The translations under genes and the position numbers were made by a program. 64,000 nt of DNA. Origin: Acanthaster planci. Lineage: Eukaryota. Shown here piece after piece: positions 1 to 11,260 of this stretch. Within the stretch, counting starts at the first letter, position 1. Every line of letters begins with the position of its first letter. The notes under the pieces are model-generated. The model saw nothing but the letters and a program-made list of their open reading frames with translations. It ran no database searches and was not told the origin of the DNA. The stretch spans positions 2,477,599-2,541,598 of the forward strand of contig NW_019091360.1 in NCBI RefSeq assembly GCF_001949145.1, given 5' to 3'.

Positions 1-2753
1 TTATATGCATAGCCGGGGTTCCCAAAATCTGACAAAGGGAATTGGGCCTTTAACAAAAGACCGTACTGGGAACAAAAGACCAGGCTGCTGGGAATTACCA
101 ACGTTTTTTCACTGTCAATAATGGAGATAATCCACTATTTTTTTGAAATAGTATACCACTGTTCGGAGCATTCAGTGCGAATGGATTACCACAGGGGACA
201 AAAGTGCTCCAACACCCCAGCGATGAGCCACATAGTATCGCTGCACGCTAATTTGGCCCCTATTGAAAAGACATCAGCAGCGCACTGTGCCAGTTTCATG
301 AACAAACGAAAATTATGTAACACTGCACAATCTGGGCTCTTTTTACAAGACAGCAGGCCTGGCTGAAATACTCCAGCGTCAATAGATGTTGTCTGTCAGA
401 TTAGATCAGAAACCAGACAGTCCTTCATGTGATGTCCAGTAAATGAAGATTTTAATTTAATTTTGAAAACGGAAACAAATGAAAAATTTGGCGAAATGTG
501 GTTAACAATTTAGGCGTAATTTAAAAAAAATTTTTCTCCAATTACGAATTTATATATATATCATATTTTATGATTTTTCAAATCAAGTGAATTTTGTGAA
601 GAAAGTATGAAAACACACGCCTTGACTCCTTTTACTTCATATAACATGTACTGTAAATGCATTGTTTGGTATTAGTCTATAGGTTGGCAAGTGTAGCGCC
701 CAAAACGGCACAAGTAATCTTGTCAATCTATCTGTAGCAGTGTCGGAAATGGGTTTGAAGAGCTACGGCTACTATTATTGCATATTTCCAATGCAGCAAA
801 GACCAAGATAGCTCTTGCTCTATGTAACGGATTCGGATACAACGCTAGATTGTTCGCAATCTAGCACCTAAAATAGTCGATAGTAGTAGCTAGATCGGAA
901 ACCAGCCAACTGTGCAGTCAACTCGGCTCACTCTGGCGCGTGATATGGATACTAATGGTTTCAACATTTACTGTACACTGTACGCCTGTTTACAATACAG
1001 TTATTCGACGTTTATGCACCAGAAAACATTAAAGTTTCCTAAAAATAATGGAGTAATTCCACCAGAAATTTGAGGAGTACACCAAAAAGTGGAACTTCGT
1101 TGTAAAATCAGGTTGCAGTGAAAAATTTGCATTCATTCTGCAACCTGTGTCGGTGCAACATTAACATTGTCCACGGCGGAGCCTACATGTACGTAGGCTA
1201 TGACATCGACAAGCACAGTAAAACGAAAAAACATGTTGGATTTTCATCATTAACAGGTATGTGTACACACACACATACATGTACATGTGTACATAGGCTA
1301 AGAAATATTTTGCCTGAGGCATGTGGCTTGTTTCAAATTACTCTTTTTTGAGTTGCAATGTTGGCATCTCTGTAAATATTTTGCAGGATCATATATTTAA
1401 AAGTGTCATTTTCTCAGCAATTTTGACGATAACATTTATGCCTGGTCAGAAATGTTGAAACAGTGTCGGGAACAAAGATGCAAAACTGCCAGAATAATGT
1501 CAATTGGCATCTTATACTCTTATACCCTGAGTATTCCATGTACATACCACTGGAAAGCTCTTTTCTGCTGAATTAAAAAATACCAATATCTTAATTTTTG
1601 AAACTTCCGACTTTTAGCTTATTTTGTGGTGGTAGGTCACATTTTTACCTTTTCTCTTGAGAGCATATCTTGTTGTCTCATCCAAAATGTACATTATTAG
1701 TGACTAGTCACGTATTTACCCATTATCAGCAGGAACCGACTCTAAATCACTTGTGTTTTTCCCCAACATGTGCCTAGTTGAGCAATGATTCTGTTTCACG
1801 TAAGTTGTGCTGTTTTGGATTTATTTGTTGCCCCTTAATTCTGTACTTTCATTGCAGTGTGTAAAAGTCATTTACCTTTCAGCTTGCATGTATGCTGAAT
1901 CATTTGTGATAAAATTATCTCTATACCGCTCCTTTTTTGCCCTGAAAAGCAGAGGAAAACGATCTGGAGATTGTTAAGAGTTTGTACCTTGGCACACAGA
2001 ATTGTTTTGTCACATCAACTGCATACACATCCTTCCATAGGCGCTTACAGTTCTTCAATTATAAACAATCAAAAGATCAAACAAGAATAGAAAACACAAT
2101 ACATTGGTCTTAAAAGGTGGACTGATGTAACCGAGTTGTTTTACAAATATTCAATAAATAATACAAGATGTGGGGAGTGTCCAAGACTTAATTAAAGGAA
2201 AAAGATATTAAAAAATGACACTTCTGGCAACTACTGAGGATGTTTCAGGGGCATTCAAAACCCAATTTTCAGCTAATACTGTGACTTGTCTGATCATTAC
2301 ACAATCTCTTATACACCAGGTTCTCCCAAAGACGTCCAGAGCATTTTGACTACAGCACACAAAAAAAGAGAAAATCTAATGCACACACACTGTCACTTCT
2401 GTCTTATATTCCATCTGTCATCAATTTCACAACACATTTTGAACATCTTTAGATATATCAGTATGATGTTGGTGCAGATTGTCGCAATCATAACCAGTAC
2501 TCTTGTTAAATTAGAGTCTTGTCCAAACAAGTCTGCCTTGGGTTTTTCAGTGCATTGTTCCTGTTTTATTGTGAACAGTTTAGCGTATGGCCTTCGTGAA
2601 CATTTCTGAAATCTTTTCTTTAGTGGTCTGTTCCCCTTTTCCCCTGGAAATGGTTCATTATTACATGGTACAGTTTGTCAGAGAGGCCAAGCATTTCTGT
2701 TTTATTTTGAAAGTGACAGGATAGCAGTATTTTTCCATTCTTATTGTTCACAG

Positions 2754-3472
2754 GTGGCCTATCTGTTAAGTCGTCAGTGTCATCTCCGCAGGTTGACCTG
2801 AAAAACCTTCAGCGAATCACCTCCTTTGATGTGATCATGGGCGCCGATTCAGTCACAAGTCTCCACTCAAGGATTTCCAAAATGTCTGTCCGGACCAGCA
2901 CCTCAGACCCCATGCCTGCACCAGACACTACAGGCCCTGTGTTGCAGGACAGCCTGACCGATCAAAGCTCTCTTTTGCCTGTGAGTGATAATGAACCCAC
3001 CAATCAAGGTCCAGTATTGCCACCTGAAATTGAACCTGAGACTCCAGCCGAAGTGGTGCCTTGTGATGAGGCAGCGGACGAAGCAGGTCAAGCGGACTCC
3101 CCTGCCAAGTCACGCAGCCCCTCCAACCCCTCCTCTGCTGTTCAGGCAACTCCTTCCTTGGTGGAGTTTACGGAATCAAACCTGACTGACTTCAGTCTAA
3201 ATCCGCCCCAGTTCATCCCGGATGTAGTGGAGTCCAGCCAGCAAGAAGGTGGAGCCCCAGCCCAGGGCTCAAAGAGTCCCGGGGATGGGTCCTTGCCTTC
3301 CATCCTAGCTGACCTCACACCACAAAACTTTTCCATCAAAGGCAACTCCAAGCAGAGGATTTCCAAGGCAGACTTCACTGGACAGAAGAGCATGTTAGGA
3401 GCCAACCAATCAGAAGATGACCCTCTCGGCTCACTGGATCCGCTGTGGACAATGAAAAGCAAAGAAAAATAA
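2754..3472 (+). CDS. PTPN23: Terminal coding exon of tyrosine-protein phosphatase non-receptor type 23 (HD-PTP); upstream exons not found in this window
   Basis: Acceptor ttattgttcacag| at 2753 (phase 1), open to TAA at 3472. The C-terminus SILADLTPQNFSI...KQRISKADF...DDPLGSLDPLWTMK resembles the vertebrate PTPN23 tail as I recall it (LLASLTPEAFSL...KQRMSKHNF...DDPLSLLDPLWTL). It is preceded by a P/S/E-rich low-complexity stretch. Candidate poly(A) signal ATTAAA at ~4536. Confidence 0.85.
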
Positions 3473-5089
3473 TAAAATTCTTCTTCAGTGCATGGAAAAA
3501 TTCTACTGAATCAATGCCATAGTGTGAGTCTTATATTGTATCAGTCTAAGTGAATTTATGTCCAGGTGAATTACATGAGCAGACCAGGTATCTTGCCCGA
3601 GCCTGTTCATGACCTTGGTATCTTCAGCTGTGGTCTTGACTTGGCCGTGAACAATGGTGGTCATAAAGTGATTTCCAGTCTTGCAACCTAGACTAGAGAA
3701 TGACCATATAATTTATGAAGCTTTGAAACTGTGTTAAAGTGAAGATTTTGCTTGTTTTAAGAACTTTGCATTTGGTTGTATGTAGAGAACCAAAGCCTAT
3801 GAATACTTGCTGAACCTGTAAAAATATTGTACACCGTCAAAGTTCAAACATGTTTGGTGCAAGGATATACTAGATTACTTGTACATACTATTGATTACCT
3901 GCTACACTGTGAGCTGAAAGCTCTGATTTAATTTATGAGAACCACTCAAAAGAATGCATTGCTGCTGAATTGATGTTAACGCATAAGTGTGGATATTTTG
4001 ATGACTCAATACCAACAGGTGATGGTGTTTTGATGGCTTTCAGATAGATTTGGCCCAATTTACTGAGTGATTCCATTGACATCCAAGCAGTGAGTGCTGT
4101 CCTAAAGCTGTCAGATACGTTCACCAGTGAGGGCATTTCTAATATTAACCTGTACCATCCTCAATTAATCAATGTGGAAAAAGTGTATAGGTATAGTGTA
4201 ATTTGGCGGCCACGATTAGAAGCCACGACTGTGGTGGCACAACATTTCAGGACAGGTGGTGCACATGCGCAATACATGCCTTTTCAACCAAAAGGGTGTC
4301 ATGATTTGGCAAATGTATGTGCTTGTCAAGTCCAAGAATGCACCTGTGTAATGTGGTGCCACCACAGTTATGTCTTCTCTTTGAATAGTCTGTATCTTGC
4401 ATACACAGTTGTATGCGCTATGTACATCAGCCAAATACGTAAACCATACAAATAATACACCTGCCAATACAACCTTTGTGTCCATTGTATTAATGTTTTA
4501 AATAGCCTAAACCCAAGTAAGATGTGTTGCATTTAATTAAAAATAATATCTTTATATGTTGAAATATATTATTGAATACTTTAACAAATTATGATAATTG
4601 AAAAATGTTTTTATATTTCGTTCAAAGCAGAAACTACATCTATACATTAATAATGTACTACCCAAAAATATTGCTGCGTTTTAGATTACTGAAAACATTT
4701 CAAACAGCTTTTTCTCAAGTTTGTAAAATTTGAAGGTTTGCATGCACAGACTGCTTTATCCTATTGATGGACAAGTGTACTGTCTGAAATTGTGACTTAA
4801 AATTTTACCAGCACTTCTTCTGAACAATCCTTTCCTCCTAGAAGTCAAATATAACATTCTTGTATTTTACTAAACTGTTTCCTGTACGTACAAGAAATTC
4901 TCCTTTTAAAGCCCACCAGTTGGTTGGAGTGCATTCTCAGCACATTCACCAAAATCCCCATCTAATAACAATTATACCAATAATGAGTGCCTATAAAATG
5001 TTGTGCTTTATCAGTTAAGTCTCTAAGTACTTCCCAATTATTATCCCAGCTCACTGAGCCATGAAATCAGTTTCTGTCAAAGCTCAAGA

Positions 5090-5255
5090 TCAGCACAACT
5101 TGATCATTACCCATCATATTCCCATTTATGATACTCTGGATGGAGAGAGGCAGTTGTTACATGTCTTACCTAAGAAACACAAGCATTATGGCACCTGTGG
5201 GCTCTGAAACCACACAATGTCACACCCGAGTCCAACACCTGAACTGTTGGACCAT
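5090..5255 (-). mobile_element. Degenerate tRNA-derived SINE relic
   Basis: Shares the block CCCATTTAT...TGG(A/G)TGGA(G/A)AGAGGCA...GT(C/G)(T/A)(T/C)(A/T) with 20690-20872. The right end reads as a decayed tRNA-like head on the minus strand. Confidence 0.4.
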
Positions 5256-5914
5256 GTACTCCCCCATAATCCATATGTAGTGATATGCATGTATATTTTG
5301 TGACTGCAAGTACTTGTGTGTAAATGCCTGTGCATATTATGAATGAGATCTGTAATGATGTATACCTTGTTGTATTGTTTGTAATATTTTCTCTTCATCA
5401 GTTATCAATAGTGAATCAATGATTTATTTTGGTTTGGATTTAACAGTTGAGCAGTCCTCAGATAAACTTACCTCTAGACAAAGCAAGGCAAAGTGTTGTG
5501 TAAGTCTGTGGTACTTCATCTGTGCTTTACTCAGCAATATAACACAGCTATTGGTATGAAAAGTGTGTCCAACCTGCATTGAAAACCCAACCACTGTGAA
5601 CTAACACAGCGATTTGATAAACTAGTCTCATTGTAATGTTCACATATTTCTTGTGCAAACTTGCTAAGTGATTGTGGCTGTACGTTCTAAAATCTTTCTA
5701 TTCACACAGTTTTTGGTTTGATGTTGCTACTGCACAGCAGTGTGACAGTCAATTATTTTGCGCAAATTTGTGGATCATCGTTGCTTTAGTGTGCCTCTGT
5801 ATTGCTAATATGAAACATACCAACTCAGAATGTAATGTGGTACTGGAAAGAAAATGTAGCACACATACATATACGCAGTCTGTTTTATTCTAGCAAACTT
5901 GTCATGTCATTATT

Positions 5915-5990
5915 GTGTGAATATTCAGGGTGAATGGTCATGTTAGTGTGAATATTCATGGTGATTGGTCATGCTGGTGTGAATATTCAG
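5915..5990. repeat. 31-bp tandem repeat, ~2.5 copies (GTGTGAATATTCA..GTGA.TGGTCATG...)
   Basis: GTGTGAATATTCA starts at 5915, 5946 and 5977. Confidence 0.85.
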
Positions 5991-6289
5991 ATTGAATATA
6001 ATGTTGGAAATGATAGGAAAACATGAACTTGTTGGTGATACATGAAGACATGTCTTTTTTTGTATTAGCTGATTTTTTTCTTTGTTTATTACTCGTATCT
6101 GCTACTGGAAATTATAAACATTGTGCAAGGTTATGTGTAGCTTGGATTGTTTGGGACTGGTTTTCTAGCTTTGTATAGTCATGTCACTGACTGTGATCGA
6201 TCTCCAGAGGACTTTACAAGTGGTGTGTAATTTGGGATGACAAAGTCACCAATACTTCTACTTTTCAGTTCCATTCATTGTGGAATTTG

Positions 6290-6495
6290 GATGGTTCCTT
6301 GATAATTCCAATATGGTATTTGTAAACAGTAAATCATCCTTCCCACTTTCAGGCTCAAATCTATGCCTTTGGCATATGTACACTTTTCCTCCATGCAATA
6401 ACCATGAGTTTCTTCCATCAACTTAAGGCATTGGATGATGGGATCGAAAACTGCCAGGAATATTATGGGTGATAGTGGATTGCCTTGGAACACTC
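6290..6495 (-). mobile_element. Non-LTR retrotransposon RT fragment (probably an RLE-type clade, R2/NeSL/R4-like)
   Basis: Translation FQGNPLSPIIFLAVFDPII matches the RT motif QGxPLSPxLF; the rest is deleted or decayed. Confidence 0.7.
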
Positions 6496-6979
6496 ATCGA
6501 CAAAAGCTGAAAGAATCTGACAACTCAGTCTGACTGTTCTCATAACTTTTCTTTTGAATTCTTCGACAAATACACTCTTACGGAATGGGACAAACAGCCC
6601 AGGTGTGACATCCATTGAGATACCCATCTTATCACTGCCACCTAGTACCACAGCTTCCCTGGTTCAGATTGAGGACCCTATTAACAACATCTCTCCTATG
6701 AATCAAGTCAATCCAGTGATCAGCAATAATAGGGTCATCACATGTAGTGGTCTGACACCACCAATACTGCGTATTCAGCCATCAAGTGGACCAGCCACTG
6801 TTCACACGGCATCACAGTATCGCATTGGTAAGTTTTTTCAAACAGTTAAAACTATTTCTGTGTTTTGGTCCAATTTAATGAGCTTCATAAAAATGTGCGG
6901 TACAGAAAAAAATTATTTGATTGGCAAATCATCTTAGTGGCCTAAAAGATGTGTCTTTTATGACATTTTCAAAGTTTCG

Positions 6980-9900
6980 AGTTCCATGCCTTTCACGTTT
7001 GTGAACTTACTTGATTCCTGTTACGAAATAAAGAGGGATCTCTTATCTCTTGGTAAGAGTGCTTATTCTCATTTTTGTTCTTTCCATGCTGCGTTTTTTG
7101 TGGTTTTTTACCGCCACTTTTTCTGCGCATCATATACAGGTTTGGGTGTGACCTACCATGATGCGTTGTATTCGGGATGGCCGTTGAACAGGGCTGGGAA
7201 GCCCTTTGTTCTCTATGTGGTGGGATATGGCCCAATGCCCTACGGGTCTGGCCACGGAGCGGGGTTTGGTGGGCTGCCCCGCTCCTTTGTGGTGCAGTTT
7301 TGTGTTATTCGATTAACGGCCTCGATGAGGAGAGTCCCAGTGGATTGAATAGGCCGGGGTTGAGCGTGATATACCGCAACATGACCTGGACCTTTATCGA
7401 CAAGATCAGGTTGAGCGGAGGTACTGCAACATGCCTAGATCGCTAATGAGCACTACCAGGATTGATCGGGCTGAGCGAGTGGTACCGTAACAATGCCCTT
7501 GATCACTGATGACTACTCCACCCACCTACACACCAGGCCGAGCGTGCTGGACTGCTACACTACCCTTGGTCATCGACGCCCACTCCACATCTACAGATCG
7601 GGTTGAGTGTGCTATGCTGCAACAATGCCCGTGATCATGATTGTCAGGGAGTAATGAACCATTCCTTTCTCTATGCTGCAGGTCCCGGGCATCGCTACCA
7701 ACCGCATCCCCGGACGACCCTACCGACTGCTGGCTCAGCAGGGCCCACAGGGCGACAGTCCACCATCTGCCCCAGGCCCTTCAGCAGCTCCTGCCCTCCA
7801 AGCGGCACCTGCTTGGAAGTCGGGCCAGTCAACTCCCTCCTAGCGGGCAACAGGGTCCACAACGGGTTTGCCATGCTCCACCACTTCTGCAATGGGCGAG
7901 TCAGCAATTCAGCATACTGCCCAGCCCCCTATTGCCTCGGACAATGGCGCTCCTTCTGAATTGCTACGCTGCCGGGGCTTCCGTCTGCCACATCCCATCC
8001 GCAGCTCCAGTCTGCCTTTGGACTCTGGTCATGAGGCCACCGATCCTGATCGTGGACGCTCCTTGCAGTAGACGACCACTCGGGGGATTCCCGCCCGGTC
8101 CTTCCTCCCACCGTCCCGGCCTCCAGCTCCCCCGCACCGGTGAAAACTAAGAAGCGCAAGACCAAGTTATCTTCCTCAGCTTCTTCTTCATCCATGGCCA
8201 AGAAGAGACGTCACTCCAATCTTGGTCCACCCCCATGGATGGCGACCCTCCAGTCCTTCTCCGAGGCCTTCACTTCTTTCTCCCGCAAGGTAGATTCTAA
8301 GCCTCAGCCATCAGCAACGGTACCCGACCCGGATCCCCTTCCGGCCATCCCTCCTTTCTCACATGGGGCCTTCTCGGAGACCGAGGCGACTTCTATTCTC
8401 CAACTAGAACCATCTCCTCAGCAAGACCTGGTGCCAGAACAAGCCCCGACTCACAGTGACTTACTGTGCTCAGAACGTGGCTCGGCTCTTCCCTCTGCTG
8501 GTCTTCGGCCTCTCTCTTCCAAGGATGATGACATCGAATCCGTGGCTGGTCTGACTCAGCTGGAGGGTCGCCTTTGCCTTTTTGAGCGCGACATGATCCT
8601 CATTCTTGTGCTCCCGTCATCAGATCCCATGCTGACTGAACAGGGACATACTTCATTCAAGCGCTACCCTTCACACCTTGAGTCTGCTGAGCCTGTCTTC
8701 CCAGAGATCCCCCTAGATCGTTCATGTGTGGAGATGATGAATGCCCATGCAAAGGCTGAGCGCTGGCGAGCAACCCCTCCCAGGGCCATGTCTTACTACC
8801 GCTTTCCGCAAGAGGATCACTCTTGCTTTCTGTCAACCCCAGATATTCCTGACGCTGCCAGAGACAAGATCTCGTCCAATTCCGGCAAACACAACACCTT
8901 CCGGGATAAGGACAAGGCCAACTTTGACACAGTTCTCCGTCGCCTTGATATGGCGTCCCGCTTCGGCCTCCAATGTTCAGCCATATTGCCCGAACCTGTG
9001 AAGAAGACTCTCCAGTCTCCCCGGACTTTGCGGCCTTAGCTCTACGAAGGCTCGACAAGGGACTCAACTTGGTCTTTGAACAGTTCACTTGTATCTTCCT
9101 TCTGGCCACTTCTAGCCGCAGAGCCAACGTGGTGGATGCCATGAATATCCCCTATGGATCTGTCAGGAACAAACTCATGGATCTCCCGCTCCTTGGGGAT
9201 GAACTCTTCGCTGGGAAGTTCACCGAGCTTCTTGAGTCGGAGGTGAAGCGTATGGAGACCACAAAGAAGATTTTGCTTTGTGAAACTTCAGTTCCTTCAC
9301 GCCGGCAGCTTCCACCACCACCGAGACGACGGGCGGATCCGCTCCTGTCTGCAGGCCACCCCTTTTAATAGTAGTCCACTCCGGGCAGCTTCTCAGCCAT
9401 CGGACCCCGGTGAGCTCCACCTACAACTGCTCCTAGAAGTCTCCAGCCACACCCAGCCGGCCATGGGTTCTCATGCCGTGCCCCTGGTCCCTCTGGGGGA
9501 CGGCACCAGTGACTACTTCCATTTGCCTTTGGCAGCCGCCGATCCCGAACCCTGGTGGGAAATCACCGCAGACAGCTGGGTCCTCGCCACCATTGCCCAC
9601 GGCTACTCCCTCAAGTTCACAAGCCCCCTGCCGTCCGGGATGGTCTTCCGTTCCACTCCTCCCCCATGCGACAAGTCCAAGCGCCTGGCTCTGGAGGAGG
9701 AGATTTCAGTGTTACTACGCAAGCAAGCCATCACACCAGTGCATCCAAGCCAGCTATCCACCGGCTTCCTCTCATCATTTTTCCTGACACCCAAGAAAGA
9801 ACGGGAAAATGGCAACCAATAATCAACTTGAAACTGCTCAACAAGTTCATCAAACCAAGACGGTTTTGAATGGAGACCTTGAGCGTGGTCCTGCACTCCC

Positions 9901-10545
9901 TACCAGTCCCGTGTTGGGCCTCCTGCATAGACCTACCGGACGCGTTTCTTCATATCCTGATACACAAACAGGACCACAAGTTCCTCCGCTTCGAGGACTG
10001 CAGCCAAACTTACCAGTTCCGGGTCTTCCATTTGGCCTCTCAACCTCGCCAAGGGTCTTCACCAGGATTGCCAAGACTCTCGTCGCCTACTTACGACAGC
10101 GCGACTTCCTCATTTTTCAATATCTGGACGACTGGCTGATCATCGGTCATTTCCCCGATGAGGCCAGGGCTTGCACTTCTCTCACCCTCGACATCACGAC
10201 ACACCTGGGGTTCCTCTTCAACCTCGACAAGTTGGCCCTTGATCCATCACAAAGGCAAACCTATCTCTGGGCAGTCCTCGACCTCCACAAAGGCATTGCG
10301 ACTCCGACACCGGAATGCATCCTCAATCTGCACCAATGCGTCCTTCAGTTTTTTTCGGTCCAAGGCACCTCCGGCACTAGCCAGGCTCCGTCTTCTCGGA
10401 CTAATGGCCCGTTTGGTCGACCTCGTCCCATGGTGTTGACTGCAGAAGCGGCCACTTCAACTACATCTCCTATCTCGGTACCGCCCCAAGAGCGACCCGA
10501 TTTCTACGCTGGTCCCTCTTCCACCGGATTTTCACAACCACCTCC
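6980..10545 (+). mobile_element. DIRS1-like (tyrosine recombinase class) retrotransposon, degenerate and 3'-truncated: leader, gag and RT
   Basis: GC-rich block. gag-like ORFs at 8140-9368 (..RRANVVDAM..KLMDLPLLGDELFAGKF). RT pieces at ~9550-10440: WVLATIAHGYSLKF, EISVLLRKQAI, FLSSFFLTPKK, WQPIINLKLLNKF, METL, IDLPDAFLHI, PFGLSTSPRVFTRI, FQYLDDWLIIG, all typical of DIRS RT. Several frameshifts and stops; no RNase H or recombinase follows. The left boundary is approximate. Confidence 0.88.
7354..7637 (+). repeat. Five degenerate ~35-45 bp hairpin-forming repeats (period 51-67 bp) in the DIRS leader
   Basis: Cores G(T/C)(T/C)GAG(C/T)G...(C/T)G(C/T)(A/T)AC start at 7359, 7410, 7470, 7537 and 7602, each closed by a complementary outer stem. 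Confidence 0.7.
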
Positions 10546-10849
10546 ATTGCAGACAGTGAGCCCCCTTCATTTCATGTCCCAGTAACATAGTTACCCCACT
10601 GCTCAATACTGATGGTCCAGTGGTGAATTGGTCGTCACTATTGACAATGTTGGGGTGGCCAACAGCCATGGTGCTATCCCATGAGTAGTGCCACATTGGA
10701 GGCAGACACAACTACTGTAAAATGCATGGCAGAAGATGAGGCTGGCAATGTGGATTCTTATTCATTTCAAGTCACCATGGCAGGTATCTACTGCTTGGAT
10801 TTTTTCAAGAGGGTTGAAAAGCCATAACCTACTGACATTTAGCCATAGA

Positions 10850-11260
10850 CATATTCAATATTCTTTAAAAACACTTCATGACAGTTGAAGTAAGGGCTAT
10901 ACAAGTCGATAGTAGTTGAGTTCACCAGGTTTATTTACCTTCGGAACTGGGATGATAACAGACGATTTCCATAACTGAGGAATAATACCATTATCAATAA
11001 TTAATTGGTAAATATAAGTAAAAATGTCAGCAAGCTGTTGACTGTACGTTTTCAAAACCTTTTTAGCATTTGTTTTTGCTAATACACTGTGAACATCTTG
11101 TACATCTATGTACATTGCATTTGGGTAATCTCTCCTGTTTTGGAGAACGTCTCTGATTGAAGCATTTTCAGCTGTGAAGTCATGCACTTTAAACCTGCTA
11201 TAAAAATCCCCCAAATCATTTGCAAACCCCTCATCTAAAATCATCTCCTTGGATGCACTC
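10850..11260 (-). mobile_element. LINE ORF2 fragment, Rex1/Babar-like
   Basis: QLADIFTYIY..IIPQLWKSSVIIPVPKVNKPGELNYYR, then after a frameshift IALTSTVMKCF*RI; this is the RT N-terminal region of CR1-group LINEs. Confidence 0.75.

Noticed and set aside
1..1645. Possible DNA-transposon remnant(s) ending ...TTTTGTGGTGGTAGGTCACAT in the PTPN23 intron
   Set aside because: I could not find a matching other terminus, a TSD or a coding remnant within the window.
2903..3462. Antisense and alternative-frame ORFs over the PTPN23 exon (similar ones overlie INVS exon 14 and THR exons)
   Set aside because: Shadow ORFs of real coding exons.
7318..7355. Hammerhead-like CGATGAG...GAAT segment
   Set aside because: The core deviates from CUGAUGA/GAAA, and the flanks GGCCT/AGGCC pair with each other, so there is no three-way junction.
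7354..7637. Repeat-spacer array next to a reverse transcriptase read as CRISPR- or retron-like
   Set aside because: The repeats are degenerate with irregular spacing, there are no cas genes, the context is eukaryotic and the RT is DIRS-type. Kept only as a structured leader.
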